IMG/VR virus record: IMGVR_UViG_3300020331_000002
Strand: one strand, 5' to 3'
DNA: 64,000 bases
From: a virus
Taxonomy: Duplodnaviria > Caudoviricetes
Positions within the stretch are counted from its first letter, which is position 1; every line of letters begins with the position of its first letter. Shown here piece after piece: positions 1 to 10,062 of the stretch. The notes beneath the pieces were generated by a model. The model ran no database searches. It saw only the letters and a list, made by a program, of their open reading frames with translations, and was not told the origin of the DNA. The position numbers and the translations under genes are program-made.

Positions 1-915
1 TTTAATTTCACCGTTTGCTAGTTTAGGCTTAAGCATATTGCCCAAGTCAAGCGCTGAATCTTTAGTTTGTCCAGCTGACATCGCAGAGTGCATCTCGTCA
101 ATAAACAAGATAACTTTGTCCTTAGAACACAGCTCGTCAATAATTGACTTAATACGTTCTTCAGCATCACCACGGAACTTGGTACCTGCCATCAGGGCAG
201 CAACATCAAGTGAATAAATTTCGTAGTCTTTTAGTGAATCTGGAATTTCACCGTCTACAATTCGTTTAGCCAGGCCTTCGACGATTGCTGTTTTACCAAC
301 GCCGGCTTCGCCTGTCAAAATTGCGTTTGACTTTTTGCGACGTCCTAGCACGTGAACTAGTTGATCAATAATGTCGTCGCGACCGACAAGCGGATCAATT
401 TTCTCAGCTTGTTCAGTCAAGTTTACACAGTATGCGCCTAAAGGATCAGTTACGTTTGATCCAGTACCAGTTCCGGATTGAAGGGCAGGCTCCAGGATTT
501 CTAAAATCTTTTCACGAGTAACGCCATGCTTTTTAAGATATGCGGCCGAGTGCGAACGCTCTTCGGTAACCATCATTAATACTAGCGATACAAGTGTCAA
601 ATCAGAATTGCCTGAAATCGCGTCTTGTGCTGATGCACGACGGATAAGTTCAATTAGGCGCTTGGATTCTTTGGGTTCAATGTCAGTGCCAGTCCATGGT
701 GAGCGTAGCGACTCGCTTGACAAATAAGTTTCAACATCAGTGATAAGGCCGTTAAGCGTGCCTTTACAGCGCGTAACTAAATCAGTGAATGTTTTTTCTT
801 GTGTAAGGGATAAGAGCAAATGCTCGGTAAGTAGGTATTCGTGATAGCGGCTAACCGCCTCGTTTGTAGCGCGTTCCATAACACGCTTGATGAACTGTAA
901 GTCTTTATCAGCCAT
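1..915 (-). CDS. clpA: ClpA-like Hsp100 ATPase, N-terminal part (runs off the window start)
   Basis: Not in the ORF track; translated by hand from ATG 915 (RBS AAGGAG): [21 protein letters not shown] (Clp N-domain), [33 protein letters not shown] (Walker A), [19 protein letters not shown] (Walker B). Confidence 0.92.
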   Translation of the reverse strand, partial: MADKDLQFIKRVMERATNEAVSRYHEYLLTEHLLLSLTQEKTFTDLVTRCKGTLNGLITDVETYLSSESLRSPWTGTDIEPKESKRLIELIRRASAQDAISGNSDLTLVSLVLMMVTEERSHSAAYLKKHGVTREKILEILEPALQSGTGTGSNVTDPLGAYCVNLTEQAEKIDPLVGRDDIIDQLVHVLGRRKKSNAILTGEAGVGKTAIVEGLAKRIVDGEIPDSLKDYEIYSLDVAALMAGTKFRGDAEERIKSIIDELCSKDKVILFIDEMHSAMSAGQTKDSALDLGNMLKPKLANGEIK

Positions 916-940
916 ATTTTGCTCCTTGTGTTTAATCTAT

Positions 941-1330
941 TTATTCACCCGATTGTGAATTATTCTGTATTTGTTGCTCATATGCTTTTATCACAGCTTG
1001 CTGGTCCTTAATATAACGTAATAAGTCAGCGGTGTTATACGACAGATTTTCATAGTCCTTTGCACTCAATACAAAGTACGCTTGATCGTCTGTCATATTA
1101 TCAGTTAAGTCAACCATAATAGCCCGGTTGGCAACCTTGAATTCGACTGCGGCCATATTAACTGGCTCGGGTCTGCCGAACGTGCCGTATATAGGGCATA
1201 TAGCGTCACTGACGTCCACAGTCTGCGTCTGTTCCTCATCCGTTAAAGTACAAGCCGGCGTCGTAAGAATAATTCCTACGGTTATACCGAGCACGATAAT
1301 AGACTTCACACCGTTATTCAGTTTCTTCAT
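941..1330 (-). CDS. Putative outer-membrane spanin (o-spanin, Rz1-like lipoprotein)
   Basis: Basic N-terminus, hydrophobic stretch, then a lipobox-like LTTPAC; Pro-rich segment; overlaps the end of the i-spanin-like gene. Confidence 0.65.
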   Translation of the reverse strand: MKKLNNGVKSIIVLGITVGIILTTPACTLTDEEQTQTVDVSDAICPIYGTFGRPEPVNMAAVEFKVANRAIMVDLTDNMTDDQAYFVLSAKDYENLSYNTADLLRYIKDQQAVIKAYEQQIQNNSQSGE

Positions 1331-1763
1331 CGATTTTAGTCACTTCTTCAATGTCAGTACCCAGCTTAGCTATGGCTCGATTTACTCGAGTTTCTATTAA
1401 GCCTGGCTTTTTGCTGGCTAGATATTCAAGGTCATGTTTACGCAACACATCTTTGATCTTGTTCTGTTCAGCTACGTTTTCGTTATACAGTTCACGTAAC
1501 TCAGAATGCTGTTTCAACAGTTGCTCAACTTTGGTTGCTTGGACCCCAAGCCGTTTGACTAAGTTTTCATTCTTATTTGTAACATTAGTGATTTCGGTTG
1601 TCAAGGTATTAACTTCTTTTTGTAACTCAGTGTTATCTTCAATTACAGAAGTTAAGTACGAGTAGCCAAGGTAAACAGCAAACAGAACACCCGCAAAGGC
1701 GGCGAGCACGGCTATTGTACCCCAAGTCTTTTTAGATCCTAATGCGGCGAGTCCTGCTAACAT
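1314..1763 (-). CDS. Putative inner-membrane spanin (i-spanin, Rz-like)
   Basis: N-terminal TM helix, long coiled coil, C-terminal ASKKPGLIETRVNRA resembling T4-like i-spanins; paired with a lipoprotein gene. Confidence 0.7.
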   Translation of the reverse strand: MLAGLAALGSKKTWGTIAVLAAFAGVLFAVYLGYSYLTSVIEDNTELQKEVNTLTTEITNVTNKNENLVKRLGVQATKVEQLLKQHSELRELYNENVAEQNKIKDVLRKHDLEYLASKKPGLIETRVNRAIAKLGTDIEEVTKIDEETE

Positions 1764-1764
1764 G

Positions 1765-2499
1765 TTATCCGTTCCTTGTTACTTTAAGACAGTGGTTGTC
1801 ATCGTTAACCACTAATATATGCGAGTCGCCCGTGCCGAATACAGAATAGCTGGCACCTAGCGAGCGCTCTAAGAATACTATATCAGTACCGCTCGAAAAC
1901 GGTGATACCTGACTATGAAATCCTTTAAAGTCGCCTTCATCGACAACACGATAAGAACTCCCCTCCAACGAGAATGTAGATTTCTTCGTAGTTGTACGGC
2001 TAGCGGCTTTAGCAAGAAACTTGGCTATTGCGGCTTGGCCTTTGTTAGCCAAATACTTTTTGTGAGTCATGTACTTATCAGGATCGAGAGGTAAGTCAGC
2101 ATATGGATGTCCTGGGCGGTATTGCTTAACTTCGCCTGTCATATAAAAACTAAGACTCCATTTCACCTTATCAGTCATATTTTCAATGTCGGCAATCATC
2201 TCGTCAAAGTTCTTCCAAAAGTCACGATCACGTCTATACTCAACGTGCACTTTCCACATGTTGTTGGTGTCGCTAAGTTCAGTGAACTCTGTATCAATCG
2301 TATCATACGGCGACATTTCAATAAACATTGCAAAATCACGAGCGGCAGCTTCGTCTACTACATTAAACGTCACTACTACCACTTCTTCAGGTGTCCCTGA
2401 CTTGGGCTTAAAGGAATCAATTAGAATGACCGGATCAACCATATGCTCAAGTTGATGGCGTCTAAACCTTTCGTTTAACTGTCTTTTTTTATACTTCAT
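1765..2499 (-). CDS. Conserved jumbo-phage hypothetical protein
   Basis: Start trimmed to ATG 2499 (MKYKKRQLNE), which overlaps the upstream stop; IDSFKPKSG..VVTFNVVD motif recalled from RaK2-like phage proteins. Confidence 0.7.
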   Translation of the reverse strand: MKYKKRQLNERFRRHQLEHMVDPVILIDSFKPKSGTPEEVVVVTFNVVDEAAARDFAMFIEMSPYDTIDTEFTELSDTNNMWKVHVEYRRDRDFWKNFDEMIADIENMTDKVKWSLSFYMTGEVKQYRPGHPYADLPLDPDKYMTHKKYLANKGQAAIAKFLAKAASRTTTKKSTFSLEGSSYRVVDEGDFKGFHSQVSPFSSGTDIVFLERSLGASYSVFGTGDSHILVVNDDNHCLKVTRNG

Positions 2500-3034
2500 C
2501 GTCGCCTTCATCCTGTGTTGGTTCCTGGTCATCATCGATGTCGTCATCGCCAAATATGTCATCAGTGTCGTCGATTTTCTCATCTCGATAATCAACGCCG
2601 CTTAGCGCAGTAGACAGATTTAAGTAATCAGCAATGTTGCTGGCAATTAGACGTTTGGGGAATTTCAAATCAACTACTGATACCCTATAAAGCTCGCTCT
2701 TAATCGGAGCAGTAGGATTATCGTCAAACTCTTCAGCAGTCGGTACACCTGTCATATTGAACGCTTCGTTTCGCAGGGTATACTTAATGCCGAACTTCTC
2801 CAAACGCGGCAGGCCCTTTACATCAGGCGGCCTAGACTTGGGGTACATAATAGACACGTCAACCCAGTACTCTGTGATCTCAGGCCCTGCTATAACTTCG
2901 CCTTCTTCCCAGTTCTCATACGCATAGACACCGGTCTCGCCAAGGATACTCTCGCACTCTAGCAAGTAATCCATAGCAGTAATGTCGCCCATAATATACT
3001 GGTAGTTTTGTTGTAATGAATCAAATTCTATCAT
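2489..3034 (-). CDS. Conserved jumbo-phage hypothetical protein with acidic tail
   Basis: 181-aa ORF with YAYENWEEGEVIAGP motif; preceded by late core CTAAATA at 3060-3066. Confidence 0.72.
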   Translation of the reverse strand: MIEFDSLQQNYQYIMGDITAMDYLLECESILGETGVYAYENWEEGEVIAGPEITEYWVDVSIMYPKSRPPDVKGLPRLEKFGIKYTLRNEAFNMTGVPTAEEFDDNPTAPIKSELYRVSVVDLKFPKRLIASNIADYLNLSTALSGVDYRDEKIDDTDDIFGDDDIDDDQEPTQDEGDDEV

Positions 3035-3259
3035 TATATCGCCTGTTTAGTCTTTACCATATTTAGTGCTTGAGCAAATGTAAAGAAAGATTAATCTACA
3101 AAATGGATTCTGGTCGTAAATACTTTTGAACACTACGGTGTTCAAGGAACCCCGGATGATAGTAAATTCATATACTTACAATCCATGCAACACGCCAAAG
3201 ACTCTTGTTACTAGAACGAAGGGTCACCACTTCTTTAACCCTAATAAAGGAACTATTTT

Positions 3260-4015
3260 ATGGCAAAACAGGCTAAGTACGACCAAAATTCAACCAAGCA
3301 CGGTAAACATAATCAAAAAGCAACTGTTTACGATATAAACTCGCTTACTAAGAAGAGCCCGCCGTCTACTAAAGACGTGCGTCCGATTCCTAGAAACGTT
3401 GCTCAGGAAGAATACGTACAATACCTCAATAACGAAAGCGTTCGTCTAGTTTTCGGCACAGGGCCTGCAGGTACCGGTAAAACACTACTAGCTACACTGA
3501 AGGCAATTCAACTATTTTTAGAAGGCCATGTTACCAAAATTATCATTACTCGCCCTGCTGTGGCAGTAGACGGAGAATCACACGGTTTCCTACCTGGCGA
3601 TATATTCGCTAAATTAGAGCCGTGGACAAAACCTATCTTGGATGTATTTTTAAAGTTCTTTTCACATTCCCAGATAGCAGATATGATCGACACCGATGTT
3701 TTAGAAATTTGCCCGCTTGGTTTCATGCGTGGCAGAACATTTGATAACGCGGTGCTTTTACTTGACGAAGCACAAAACTCAACTGACGTACAGATGAAAA
3801 TGTTCTTAACTCGTATAGGTACCGGCACGCGTGCGTTTATTACAGGTGACTTAGAACAAAGTGACCGCGAAAAAGGCATCAACGGCCTAGAAGACTTTGC
3901 ACGCCGAGCTAACGACCGTGCACCGGACAGTATTAAGTTCGTTAATTTTCAACGCAAAGACGTGGAGCGTGATGCGATTGTAGAGACTGTATTGGCGCTA
4001 TACGAAGACGAGTAA
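3260..4015 (+). CDS. phoH: PhoH family ATPase
   Basis: GTGPAGTGKT, ITRPAV, GFLPGD, FMRGRTF, LDEAQN, GDLEQSD motifs. Confidence 0.96.
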   Translation: MAKQAKYDQNSTKHGKHNQKATVYDINSLTKKSPPSTKDVRPIPRNVAQEEYVQYLNNESVRLVFGTGPAGTGKTLLATLKAIQLFLEGHVTKIIITRPAVAVDGESHGFLPGDIFAKLEPWTKPILDVFLKFFSHSQIADMIDTDVLEICPLGFMRGRTFDNAVLLLDEAQNSTDVQMKMFLTRIGTGTRAFITGDLEQSDREKGINGLEDFARRANDRAPDSIKFVNFQRKDVERDAIVETVLALYEDE

Positions 4016-4024
4016 TATGATGTG

Positions 4025-4052
4025 AAAAAGCCGCATTTAATGCGGCTTTTTT
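4025..4052. terminator. Bidirectional intrinsic terminator
   Basis: AAAAAGCCGCAT-TTA-ATGCGGCTTTTT between the convergent phoH and HAD genes. Confidence 0.88.
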
Positions 4053-4066
4053 GTCTTTGGATTTTA

Positions 4067-4669
4067 TTATGCTGCGGCCGCGTCTACTGCGCCAATCACA
4101 TCAGACCAGCTATTGACAACCGGAAATTTGTCTACATGTACGCCGCTGTTATACTCTTGATAAAAGTTTAAAACTTTTAAGCCATATTCGTGCGCTGCTA
4201 GTGCATGTTTTAGATGATCTTCTACATAAAACAAACCAGTGTCTTTATAATGGTCAAACGCTTCTTCTTTGTGGTGGTGAATATCCACAGCCCAAAGCTT
4301 GTCAAAATCAAAGGCGACCGCGCCAAACACAGCGGTAAGATTATCGATGCGATGTTGACGTGTTTCAGGTGACGTTCCCATTAACGTAATAGGCACAAGC
4401 GTATAACCGCGTTTTACTAACTCTTTGACACCTTCTACTGCGTCCAAATGTGGTTTTAGTTGTGCGAACTTATCACTGCCGTTAAACTCTTTAATGAGCG
4501 CTATGGCGTCCTGAATAGTATCTATACCTTCGAATCGGTCGTTTACGTTATAAAGGTGACCGGTATCTGGGATGGGTGTGTAGCCTTTATCAACCATCCA
4601 CTCGGTAAAGCCGCCAAACCAGTCAAGCAGGCATCCATCAACATCTGTTAAAAATAGTTTTTTACTCAT
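4067..4669 (-). CDS. HAD-family 5'(3')-deoxyribonucleotidase-like protein
   Basis: N-terminal LTDVDGCLLDW (DxD motif) and C-terminal FYVEDH, as in phage HAD nucleotidases. Confidence 0.75.
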   Translation of the reverse strand: MSKKLFLTDVDGCLLDWFGGFTEWMVDKGYTPIPDTGHLYNVNDRFEGIDTIQDAIALIKEFNGSDKFAQLKPHLDAVEGVKELVKRGYTLVPITLMGTSPETRQHRIDNLTAVFGAVAFDFDKLWAVDIHHHKEEAFDHYKDTGLFYVEDHLKHALAAHEYGLKVLNFYQEYNSGVHVDKFPVVNSWSDVIGAVDAAAA

Positions 4670-5567
4670 CTGAGATTCTCTCTCTTATTATTGTTGTCAT
4701 TAAGTAGTCAACAGCTTCGTCGCTAAAAGCCGATTTAAGACGCGAATGTCGGCGAATCTTAATCGGGTCTGAAGTTTTGAGTCTGTTGTCGAGACGGCCT
4801 TCGTACAACTCACCATCCATATCCAGGCCTAAGATATGCAAACGTGATCCGGGGTTGTGTTCAAGTACTACTGACGCGAACGCTCGTTCAGCCGGAATTT
4901 CAGTAGTGCGCTTGATGCCGTGAGTCAAGTACTTCACGACACGCTCGATACGCGATGTATCTGTCACATACATGTTACCTTTGTTGAGTATTTGGCCAGG
5001 CATCATATTAGTGTTGATCCACGATACGGTGTCAACTGCCAAGCTTAAGGCAGCAATCGCGGGGTCATAACTCATTGACATCATGTCTTTTACCTTAAGC
5101 GACATCCTAGCCGTATAAGGCATGTTGCCGCAATTATTGTAAAAGTTTGTCTCAAAGTCGCCGACCACGCAGGGGTTTAACTCTCGGTACATTTCGTCGT
5201 TAAAAGCACGAACCTCGTCCAAGTACCCAACAAGGTTATACATTTTGTGTCTACTATCCATCTTACAGGAAGCAACATTGCTGGGCGGGCCGAGGCGTCT
5301 TCCAGTCGACACAAATAGCGAATTTATAGGCATCATCGGAGTAGTCCGTAGCGCGAAAATTTCGGGCTCGAGGCTGTCCCATTTACCGACAGCAATTCTA
5401 CTAGACACCATAGCGTAAGGATCCGTAAACGGCGTGTGAAAGGGACGTCTGGGCATCGCATAAATGACAGAACCATCGTTGCGTTCCAAGCCATACATTA
5501 CCCGTGGGCAATTCTTAGTTGACATGAAATGCATCTGATCCGGTACACTCATAAAGATACCCAGCAT
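4662..5567 (-). CDS. Hypothetical protein
   Basis: 301-aa ORF tightly packed in an operon; no family recognised. Confidence 0.7.
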   Translation of the reverse strand: MLGIFMSVPDQMHFMSTKNCPRVMYGLERNDGSVIYAMPRRPFHTPFTDPYAMVSSRIAVGKWDSLEPEIFALRTTPMMPINSLFVSTGRRLGPPSNVASCKMDSRHKMYNLVGYLDEVRAFNDEMYRELNPCVVGDFETNFYNNCGNMPYTARMSLKVKDMMSMSYDPAIAALSLAVDTVSWINTNMMPGQILNKGNMYVTDTSRIERVVKYLTHGIKRTTEIPAERAFASVVLEHNPGSRLHILGLDMDGELYEGRLDNRLKTSDPIKIRRHSRLKSAFSDEAVDYLMTTIIRERISDE

Positions 5568-5568
5568 A

Positions 5569-6507
5569 TTACGCGCCTTCTACTGCGAGCTCTAACTCAA
5601 CCAAAGTTGCTGCTAGATTAAGTTCAGGGTCAGCACACAGCGGTGCCTTAGCCATGCCGTTGCGCAGTGCCACAACACAGCTTCTTTCAATATTAGGATC
5701 ACCATTAGACCAGAAATTGATATTGTTATACAAAAAAGTCCAGATCTCGTCGTACTCGTTGGGCTGTGCCTTAGCGCACATCAATTTACGTCCTTCCACG
5801 TATTGCTTTTCACGGAAGTAAGCCACGGCATGTACGCGCCAGTCTTCTGTATCACCACCTTTAGACGACGGTGATTCAAGCTTGCCATTCACTGTGTTTT
5901 GTTGTAGTAAATTTAGGCACTTACGCAAGTCAGGATAAGTTGAGTCTATCACTTCGCCAAGCGCGTCTGGATCTATCTCTACTTGTTCTTCAAGCAGTAC
6001 ACGAACCGCACGCTCTTCAAACTGCGGCTTGTCTGGCTTTGAAATCTCATACTCTTGTAAACGAGATTTAAGCGCAGGAATAATGCGGTTAGGGTAGTTA
6101 CACGTCATAACGAAACGACACTGGTGTGCATATGTTTCCATCAAGTTACGAAGTGTGGCTTGTGCTTCCGGACTTAAGTGATCAGCCTCGTCAAGCAGAA
6201 TATAACTGAACTGGCTCATAAAAGGCATGTTAGATGCAAAGCCCTCAACCGTTGTTCTGATATACTCGACACCGTTTTTCAATGACGCGTTGATAATTTT
6301 GATGTTCGACTTATCCACGCCCAGCATGTTGAACAATACTTTTGCAAGTGTGGTCTTGCCGGTACCTGGACCGCCGTGGAATAGCAAGTGCGGAATGGTT
6401 TGTTCAGACACCCACTGGTGTATTTTGTTTTTGAGACTTTCGTCTTTAAGAACATACCCGTCTAAGGTAGCAGGTCGGTACTTTTCAACCCATAAATCAG
6501 TTGCCAT
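5569..6507 (-). CDS. Sliding-clamp loader ATPase subunit (T4 gp44/RFC-small-like)
   Basis: LWVEKYRP, GGPGTGKTT, INAS, ILLDEAD, RFVMTCNYPNRII..SR motifs. Confidence 0.93.
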   Translation of the reverse strand: MATDLWVEKYRPATLDGYVLKDESLKNKIHQWVSEQTIPHLLFHGGPGTGKTTLAKVLFNMLGVDKSNIKIINASLKNGVEYIRTTVEGFASNMPFMSQFSYILLDEADHLSPEAQATLRNLMETYAHQCRFVMTCNYPNRIIPALKSRLQEYEISKPDKPQFEERAVRVLLEEQVEIDPDALGEVIDSTYPDLRKCLNLLQQNTVNGKLESPSSKGGDTEDWRVHAVAYFREKQYVEGRKLMCAKAQPNEYDEIWTFLYNNINFWSNGDPNIERSCVVALRNGMAKAPLCADPELNLAATLVELELAVEGA

Positions 6508-6536
6508 GTGTTTGTATTCCTCTAAGGAAGGGGAGG

Positions 6537-6797
6537 TTACTCCCCTGTGTTTCTCTTGTTGTATTCATGTAATTGTGATATGGCGCGTACCACAACACGT
6601 GAAATTTCGATATCAACACCGTATGACGCAATACGCGGCACAAGCTCGCCAGCTGCTTCGCTGTCGTTGGGGACAATCTCTACCAGCTGAATAAACATGT
6701 CTTTGTCTTCATCTGAAAGAGTTTCCCAAGTAGGTTCAGCGAACGCTATGCCGTAAACGATACGTGCTATTTCGTTATTACTCAGGGGTGCTTTCAA
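6537..6797 (-). CDS. Hypothetical protein (~86 aa)
   Basis: The ORF-track start overlaps groES by 125 nt; a better start is TTG 6797 with GGGGAG six nt upstream. Confidence 0.5.
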   Translation of the reverse strand: MKAPLSNNEIARIVYGIAFAEPTWETLSDEDKDMFIQLVEIVPNDSEAAGELVPRIASYGVDIEISRVVVRAISQLHEYNKRNTGE

Positions 6798-7149
6798 AGA
6801 ACTCTCCCCATGATTCGTCGCCTGGATAGGTGTCTGAGACGGCGATGACTGACTTCGGATACTCGAGCATATAGACTCGTAAAGGTTCTTTAGTTTCTTC
6901 ATCTATGATTTCCGGGATTTTACGTGAGCGCGTCCAGCGCCCGTGCTCTACTAGAACCCAATTACCAGGTTCTATATCAACAACGTCGTCACCAACAGCG
7001 AAGACGTGTGCCCAACGATTACGTACACCGTGCGCTTTACCATCATCATTAGCGATAATGATACTGCCCACCTTACGCTCGCCGTGGACTATTTTGTCTA
7101 CTAGCACTCTACCGGGTAGAGGTTTTACTATGGGATTCAAAGTTTTCAT
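6778..7149 (-). CDS. groES: GroES-like co-chaperonin
   Basis: KPLPGRVLV, GSIII mobile loop, VFAVG, VLVEHGRWT pattern of phage Cpn10 proteins. Confidence 0.8.
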   Translation of the reverse strand: MKTLNPIVKPLPGRVLVDKIVHGERKVGSIIIANDDGKAHGVRNRWAHVFAVGDDVVDIEPGNWVLVEHGRWTRSRKIPEIIDEETKEPLRVYMLEYPKSVIAVSDTYPGDESWGEFFESTPE

Positions 7150-7222
7150 ATTTTTATTCTTATTATTACTTTGTCTGTCTATTTTACACTAAATTCATTT
7201 TTTATCAAGATGAATTTGCGTT

Positions 7223-8044
7223 TTACCAAACATCAGTGTATGAGTGCCCTTTGATATTGTGAGTTTTGATATGCGATCGACGCGTAGAAACAAGGGTGCT
7301 CAACGGTACTTTGTCCTTTGCTACTATGTCATAGGTTAAGTGCCCGGCTAACAACAAGGAACCCAATTCCTCACGCGTCATGTAATCATCAGTTTCTTTG
7401 GCTTTTGCAGCACACAACACAAAGTCAGACTCACAATCATACACCAACTCATGGTAATCAAGACTATGTTCAAATACAGATATTTTAAGGATATCGTCTG
7501 TGTTCTCTTTGAACTCAACAACGATATTTTTATCACTGGCGCCTATGTTACCGACTGTGTCGAAATACATTGTGTGGCTGTGCAACACACACAAGATACA
7601 CTGGTTGTCCGAGTAAAGTGCCGCGGTGGGTATATCGAAGGTCATTGGATTCTCGTAAACCAATGTCTTGCCATGGCTTTTTAAGATAAAGTGACCCTGG
7701 GAATATATATCACGTGGCCTTCCACTTGCGGCTTCCTCACTATAAAGGATTTGACTTAATGTCTGCATCGAAGCTCGATCAGTTGCTTTGGCCATAGCCT
7801 TCGTCAGATCCCAAATCTGCCCGAATACTTTATCTATCATGTCGTTTTCGAAGATATGATTTTCATACCGCGCGTAACCGTGCAATTCAGAAAGTCGAAA
7901 TTCACACGAGCTAAAACCCGGCAAGTCTTGATGGCCATTATCGGATTGTTCGACTCTAATACGAACAGTCATATCAACAGGGTTTTTTATAGCCCTAAGC
8001 CGTAGTGTTCCTAGCTCTAGTGTATTTGGGTTAGTGGTTGCCAT
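7223..8044 (-). CDS. Hypothetical protein
   Basis: 273-aa ORF in operon context; no family recognised. Confidence 0.7.
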   Translation of the reverse strand: MATTNPNTLELGTLRLRAIKNPVDMTVRIRVEQSDNGHQDLPGFSSCEFRLSELHGYARYENHIFENDMIDKVFGQIWDLTKAMAKATDRASMQTLSQILYSEEAASGRPRDIYSQGHFILKSHGKTLVYENPMTFDIPTAALYSDNQCILCVLHSHTMYFDTVGNIGASDKNIVVEFKENTDDILKISVFEHSLDYHELVYDCESDFVLCAAKAKETDDYMTREELGSLLLAGHLTYDIVAKDKVPLSTLVSTRRSHIKTHNIKGHSYTDVW

Positions 8045-8054
8045 TCGGTGTCCC

Positions 8055-8513
8055 TTATACTTCTCTGTATATTACGCCAGTCTCGTGAAACATTTCAAGC
8101 GAAGCGCTATAGCCGTCAGAGTGTCTTGCAGCGTACCAGTTAGATCCTACACCACCGTTCTTGTCTACAATCACCTCGGCTATTTGTACCTGAATGATAG
8201 CACGGGCACAATCAGCGCACGGTGTGTGGGTGACGTAGATTCGACAACCAACAAGTGACTGGCCTTGGTTTTGATAAATAGCGTTCCGTTCCGCGTGCTC
8301 AAAATAAGATCGTTTAGTCGGGCGTTCATGACGTGCAGGTACATCATCATTTACGCCCCTAGGAAAGCCATTGTAACCAGCAGAAACCATCGTATTCCTG
8401 CTGTCTACAATTACACTACCTACCTGGGTACTCTCGTCTTTGGACCAAGTGGCTATTAGACGAGCAACGTCGATGAAGCGCTGGTCCCATTTCTCTTGTC
8501 TAGTAACGGTCAT
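8055..8513 (-). CDS. dCMP deaminase
   Basis: SKD..QVG, GYNGFPRG, HAE and PCADC zinc motifs. Confidence 0.92.
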   Translation of the reverse strand: MTVTRQEKWDQRFIDVARLIATWSKDESTQVGSVIVDSRNTMVSAGYNGFPRGVNDDVPARHERPTKRSYFEHAERNAIYQNQGQSLVGCRIYVTHTPCADCARAIIQVQIAEVIVDKNGGVGSNWYAARHSDGYSASLEMFHETGVIYREV

Positions 8514-8872
8514 TCTCCTACGATCTCGTCAGGCGCTTCGTCGCCGGAGTCAGCCTTTGGCTTTGATTTAGAACGTGATCTCGGCGCAGGTTTTTCTTCC
8601 GTTTTCTCTTCGGCTTTGGTCTCTTCAACCTTAGTCTTAATCTCCGCTTCGTCCGCATCTGGTTTAATGCTTACGTTTTTAACCGAGTTAGGAGATCGCG
8701 AGTAATACTCTTCCGACACTTGCTTGGCTGTTTTAATAATTTTGCCTTGGCTGTCGATAATATCACCGCGTGCGTTCATGGATGCGTTGCCTACGGCAGG
8801 TACAGTGTCATTACTGCGCATTAGTTGACCGAAATCAATATCACGGCCGCGTTTGGTTTTAACTTTCTTCAT
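8510..8872 (-). CDS. Conserved jumbo-phage hypothetical protein
   Basis: IDFGQLM..AVGNASMNARGDII motif with a low-complexity charged tail; stop overlaps the next start. Confidence 0.75.
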   Translation of the reverse strand: MKKVKTKRGRDIDFGQLMRSNDTVPAVGNASMNARGDIIDSQGKIIKTAKQVSEEYYSRSPNSVKNVSIKPDADEAEIKTKVEETKAEEKTEEKPAPRSRSKSKPKADSGDEAPDEIVGE

Positions 8873-9419
8873 CGTTGTTCCCTAAGTCTTTTGCAAATTC
8901 TGCGAAATCTAGATCGTAAAGCATCGAATCTACATCATGTAGGCCTAACTTATACAGCAAGTAAGAACTAACACTTGATCCACGCCCTACTCCCCACGTT
9001 ACGTTTGAAACTTCACATACATAAAGTACGTAAAGCAAATATTTAAGAAGCGGTATCGAGTCGCACTCAAGGAAATAGTCATATTCCATTTTAATGCGTT
9101 CTTTTTCTTCGTCAGTTGTGCACAACCCGTATAAGTAATCAAGCAAATCAAGGTCAGCAAATTCAGGCGGTGTAAGCCATTCGGACTTACATCTTTCAAG
9201 GAATGGTAAAGTTTTTTCGTAGTCGTAATCAGGCGTGGTTATTGCCATCTTGTCGAACAAGTCGGCAGCTTCATGATACCGTTTGACTTCGTCTTCGTCG
9301 CTTACTACTACAACGTCAGTCGGTTTGACGCCTTCTAGAATCGCGTTCACTACGTCGGCTCGGTCGAATATTGGCCGAGCGAGAGCGTCTAGCTTTCTTA
9401 CTTTTGCGTTCATCTGCAC
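8859..9419 (-). CDS. DNA polymerase III alpha (DnaE)-like N-terminal fragment
   Basis: WGVGRGSSVSSYLLYKLG..VD..YDLDF matches DnaE GPGRGS..GSLVAY..IT.VDP..Y.L.FERF; ends before the catalytic DxD. Confidence 0.82.
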   Translation of the reverse strand: MQMNAKVRKLDALARPIFDRADVVNAILEGVKPTDVVVVSDEDEVKRYHEAADLFDKMAITTPDYDYEKTLPFLERCKSEWLTPPEFADLDLLDYLYGLCTTDEEKERIKMEYDYFLECDSIPLLKYLLYVLYVCEVSNVTWGVGRGSSVSSYLLYKLGLHDVDSMLYDLDFAEFAKDLGNNDEES

Positions 9420-9609
9420 CGTTCATCTTATCTTCAATTTCTTTCTGTTGTTTTTCTTCCAGATCAGAAATAAGTACGTCAAGCTGGGCTAACATTTGAT
9501 GATAGCCCTTGCTCATCGCGTTGGCACGGCGCTGTCTCAAATGCATGAGTTTTTGCTGAGTATTCAGCTTATCCACATCTAGTTGATTTTCATCGCCGTT
9601 ACCGTTCAT
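9316..9609 (-). CDS. Small helical hypothetical protein with Arg-rich tail overlapping the dnaE-like ORF
   Basis: 97-aa ORF starting right after the mazG stop; 104-nt overlap with the next gene. Confidence 0.55.
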   Translation of the reverse strand: MNGNGDENQLDVDKLNTQQKLMHLRQRRANAMSKGYHQMLAQLDVLISDLEEKQQKEIEDKMNGADERKSKKARRSRSANIRPSRRSERDSRRRQTD

Positions 9610-9612
9610 TGA

Positions 9613-10062
9613 TTAGACATCCGTCTTAGTACGCTTTTCAGAACGATCCACGTCAAATCCTGTCGGGAATCGTGCTTCTAGTTTTGCTCGGTTAAGTTCC
9701 ATGAGTTCACTAGGTTTCATACCCAGCGCCATCACAGCCTGTACCCAGTAAAAGATAACATCACCGAGTTCTTTCTTGAGGTGGTCGGTGGTTTTCTCGT
9801 CAAGGTCCTTGCCTTGGAACAGCACTTTCTTCATGATATCAAGTGCTTCGCCTGATTCTGAAGAAAGGCCAATAACACCGGTCATTAGACGAGAAAGTGA
9901 TTCGTGCTCTTGTAAAGAGATTAAGCGATGGATAACTTTGAGAAGTTCATCGCTGTCTTTTGTAGGCAGCGATGACACCGAGTCTACAAATCTTGAGTAT
10001 TCGTGTATATCAAAGTTATCCGGAGTGCTTAGGTCAGTTTGTTTAATAGGAGTTGATGACAT
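9613..10062 (-). CDS. mazG: MazG-like nucleotide pyrophosphohydrolase
   Basis: GLSSESGE..DIMKK and ELGDVIFY acidic motifs; N..KL..RF tail. Confidence 0.86.
   Translation of the reverse strand: MSSTPIKQTDLSTPDNFDIHEYSRFVDSVSSLPTKDSDELLKVIHRLISLQEHESLSRLMTGVIGLSSESGEALDIMKKVLFQGKDLDEKTTDHLKKELGDVIFYWVQAVMALGMKPSELMELNRAKLEARFPTGFDVDRSEKRTKTDV

Noticed and set aside
3126-3338. 70-aa ORF overlapping the phoH start
   Set aside because: No RBS and it overlaps phoH out of frame; more likely a long late leader.
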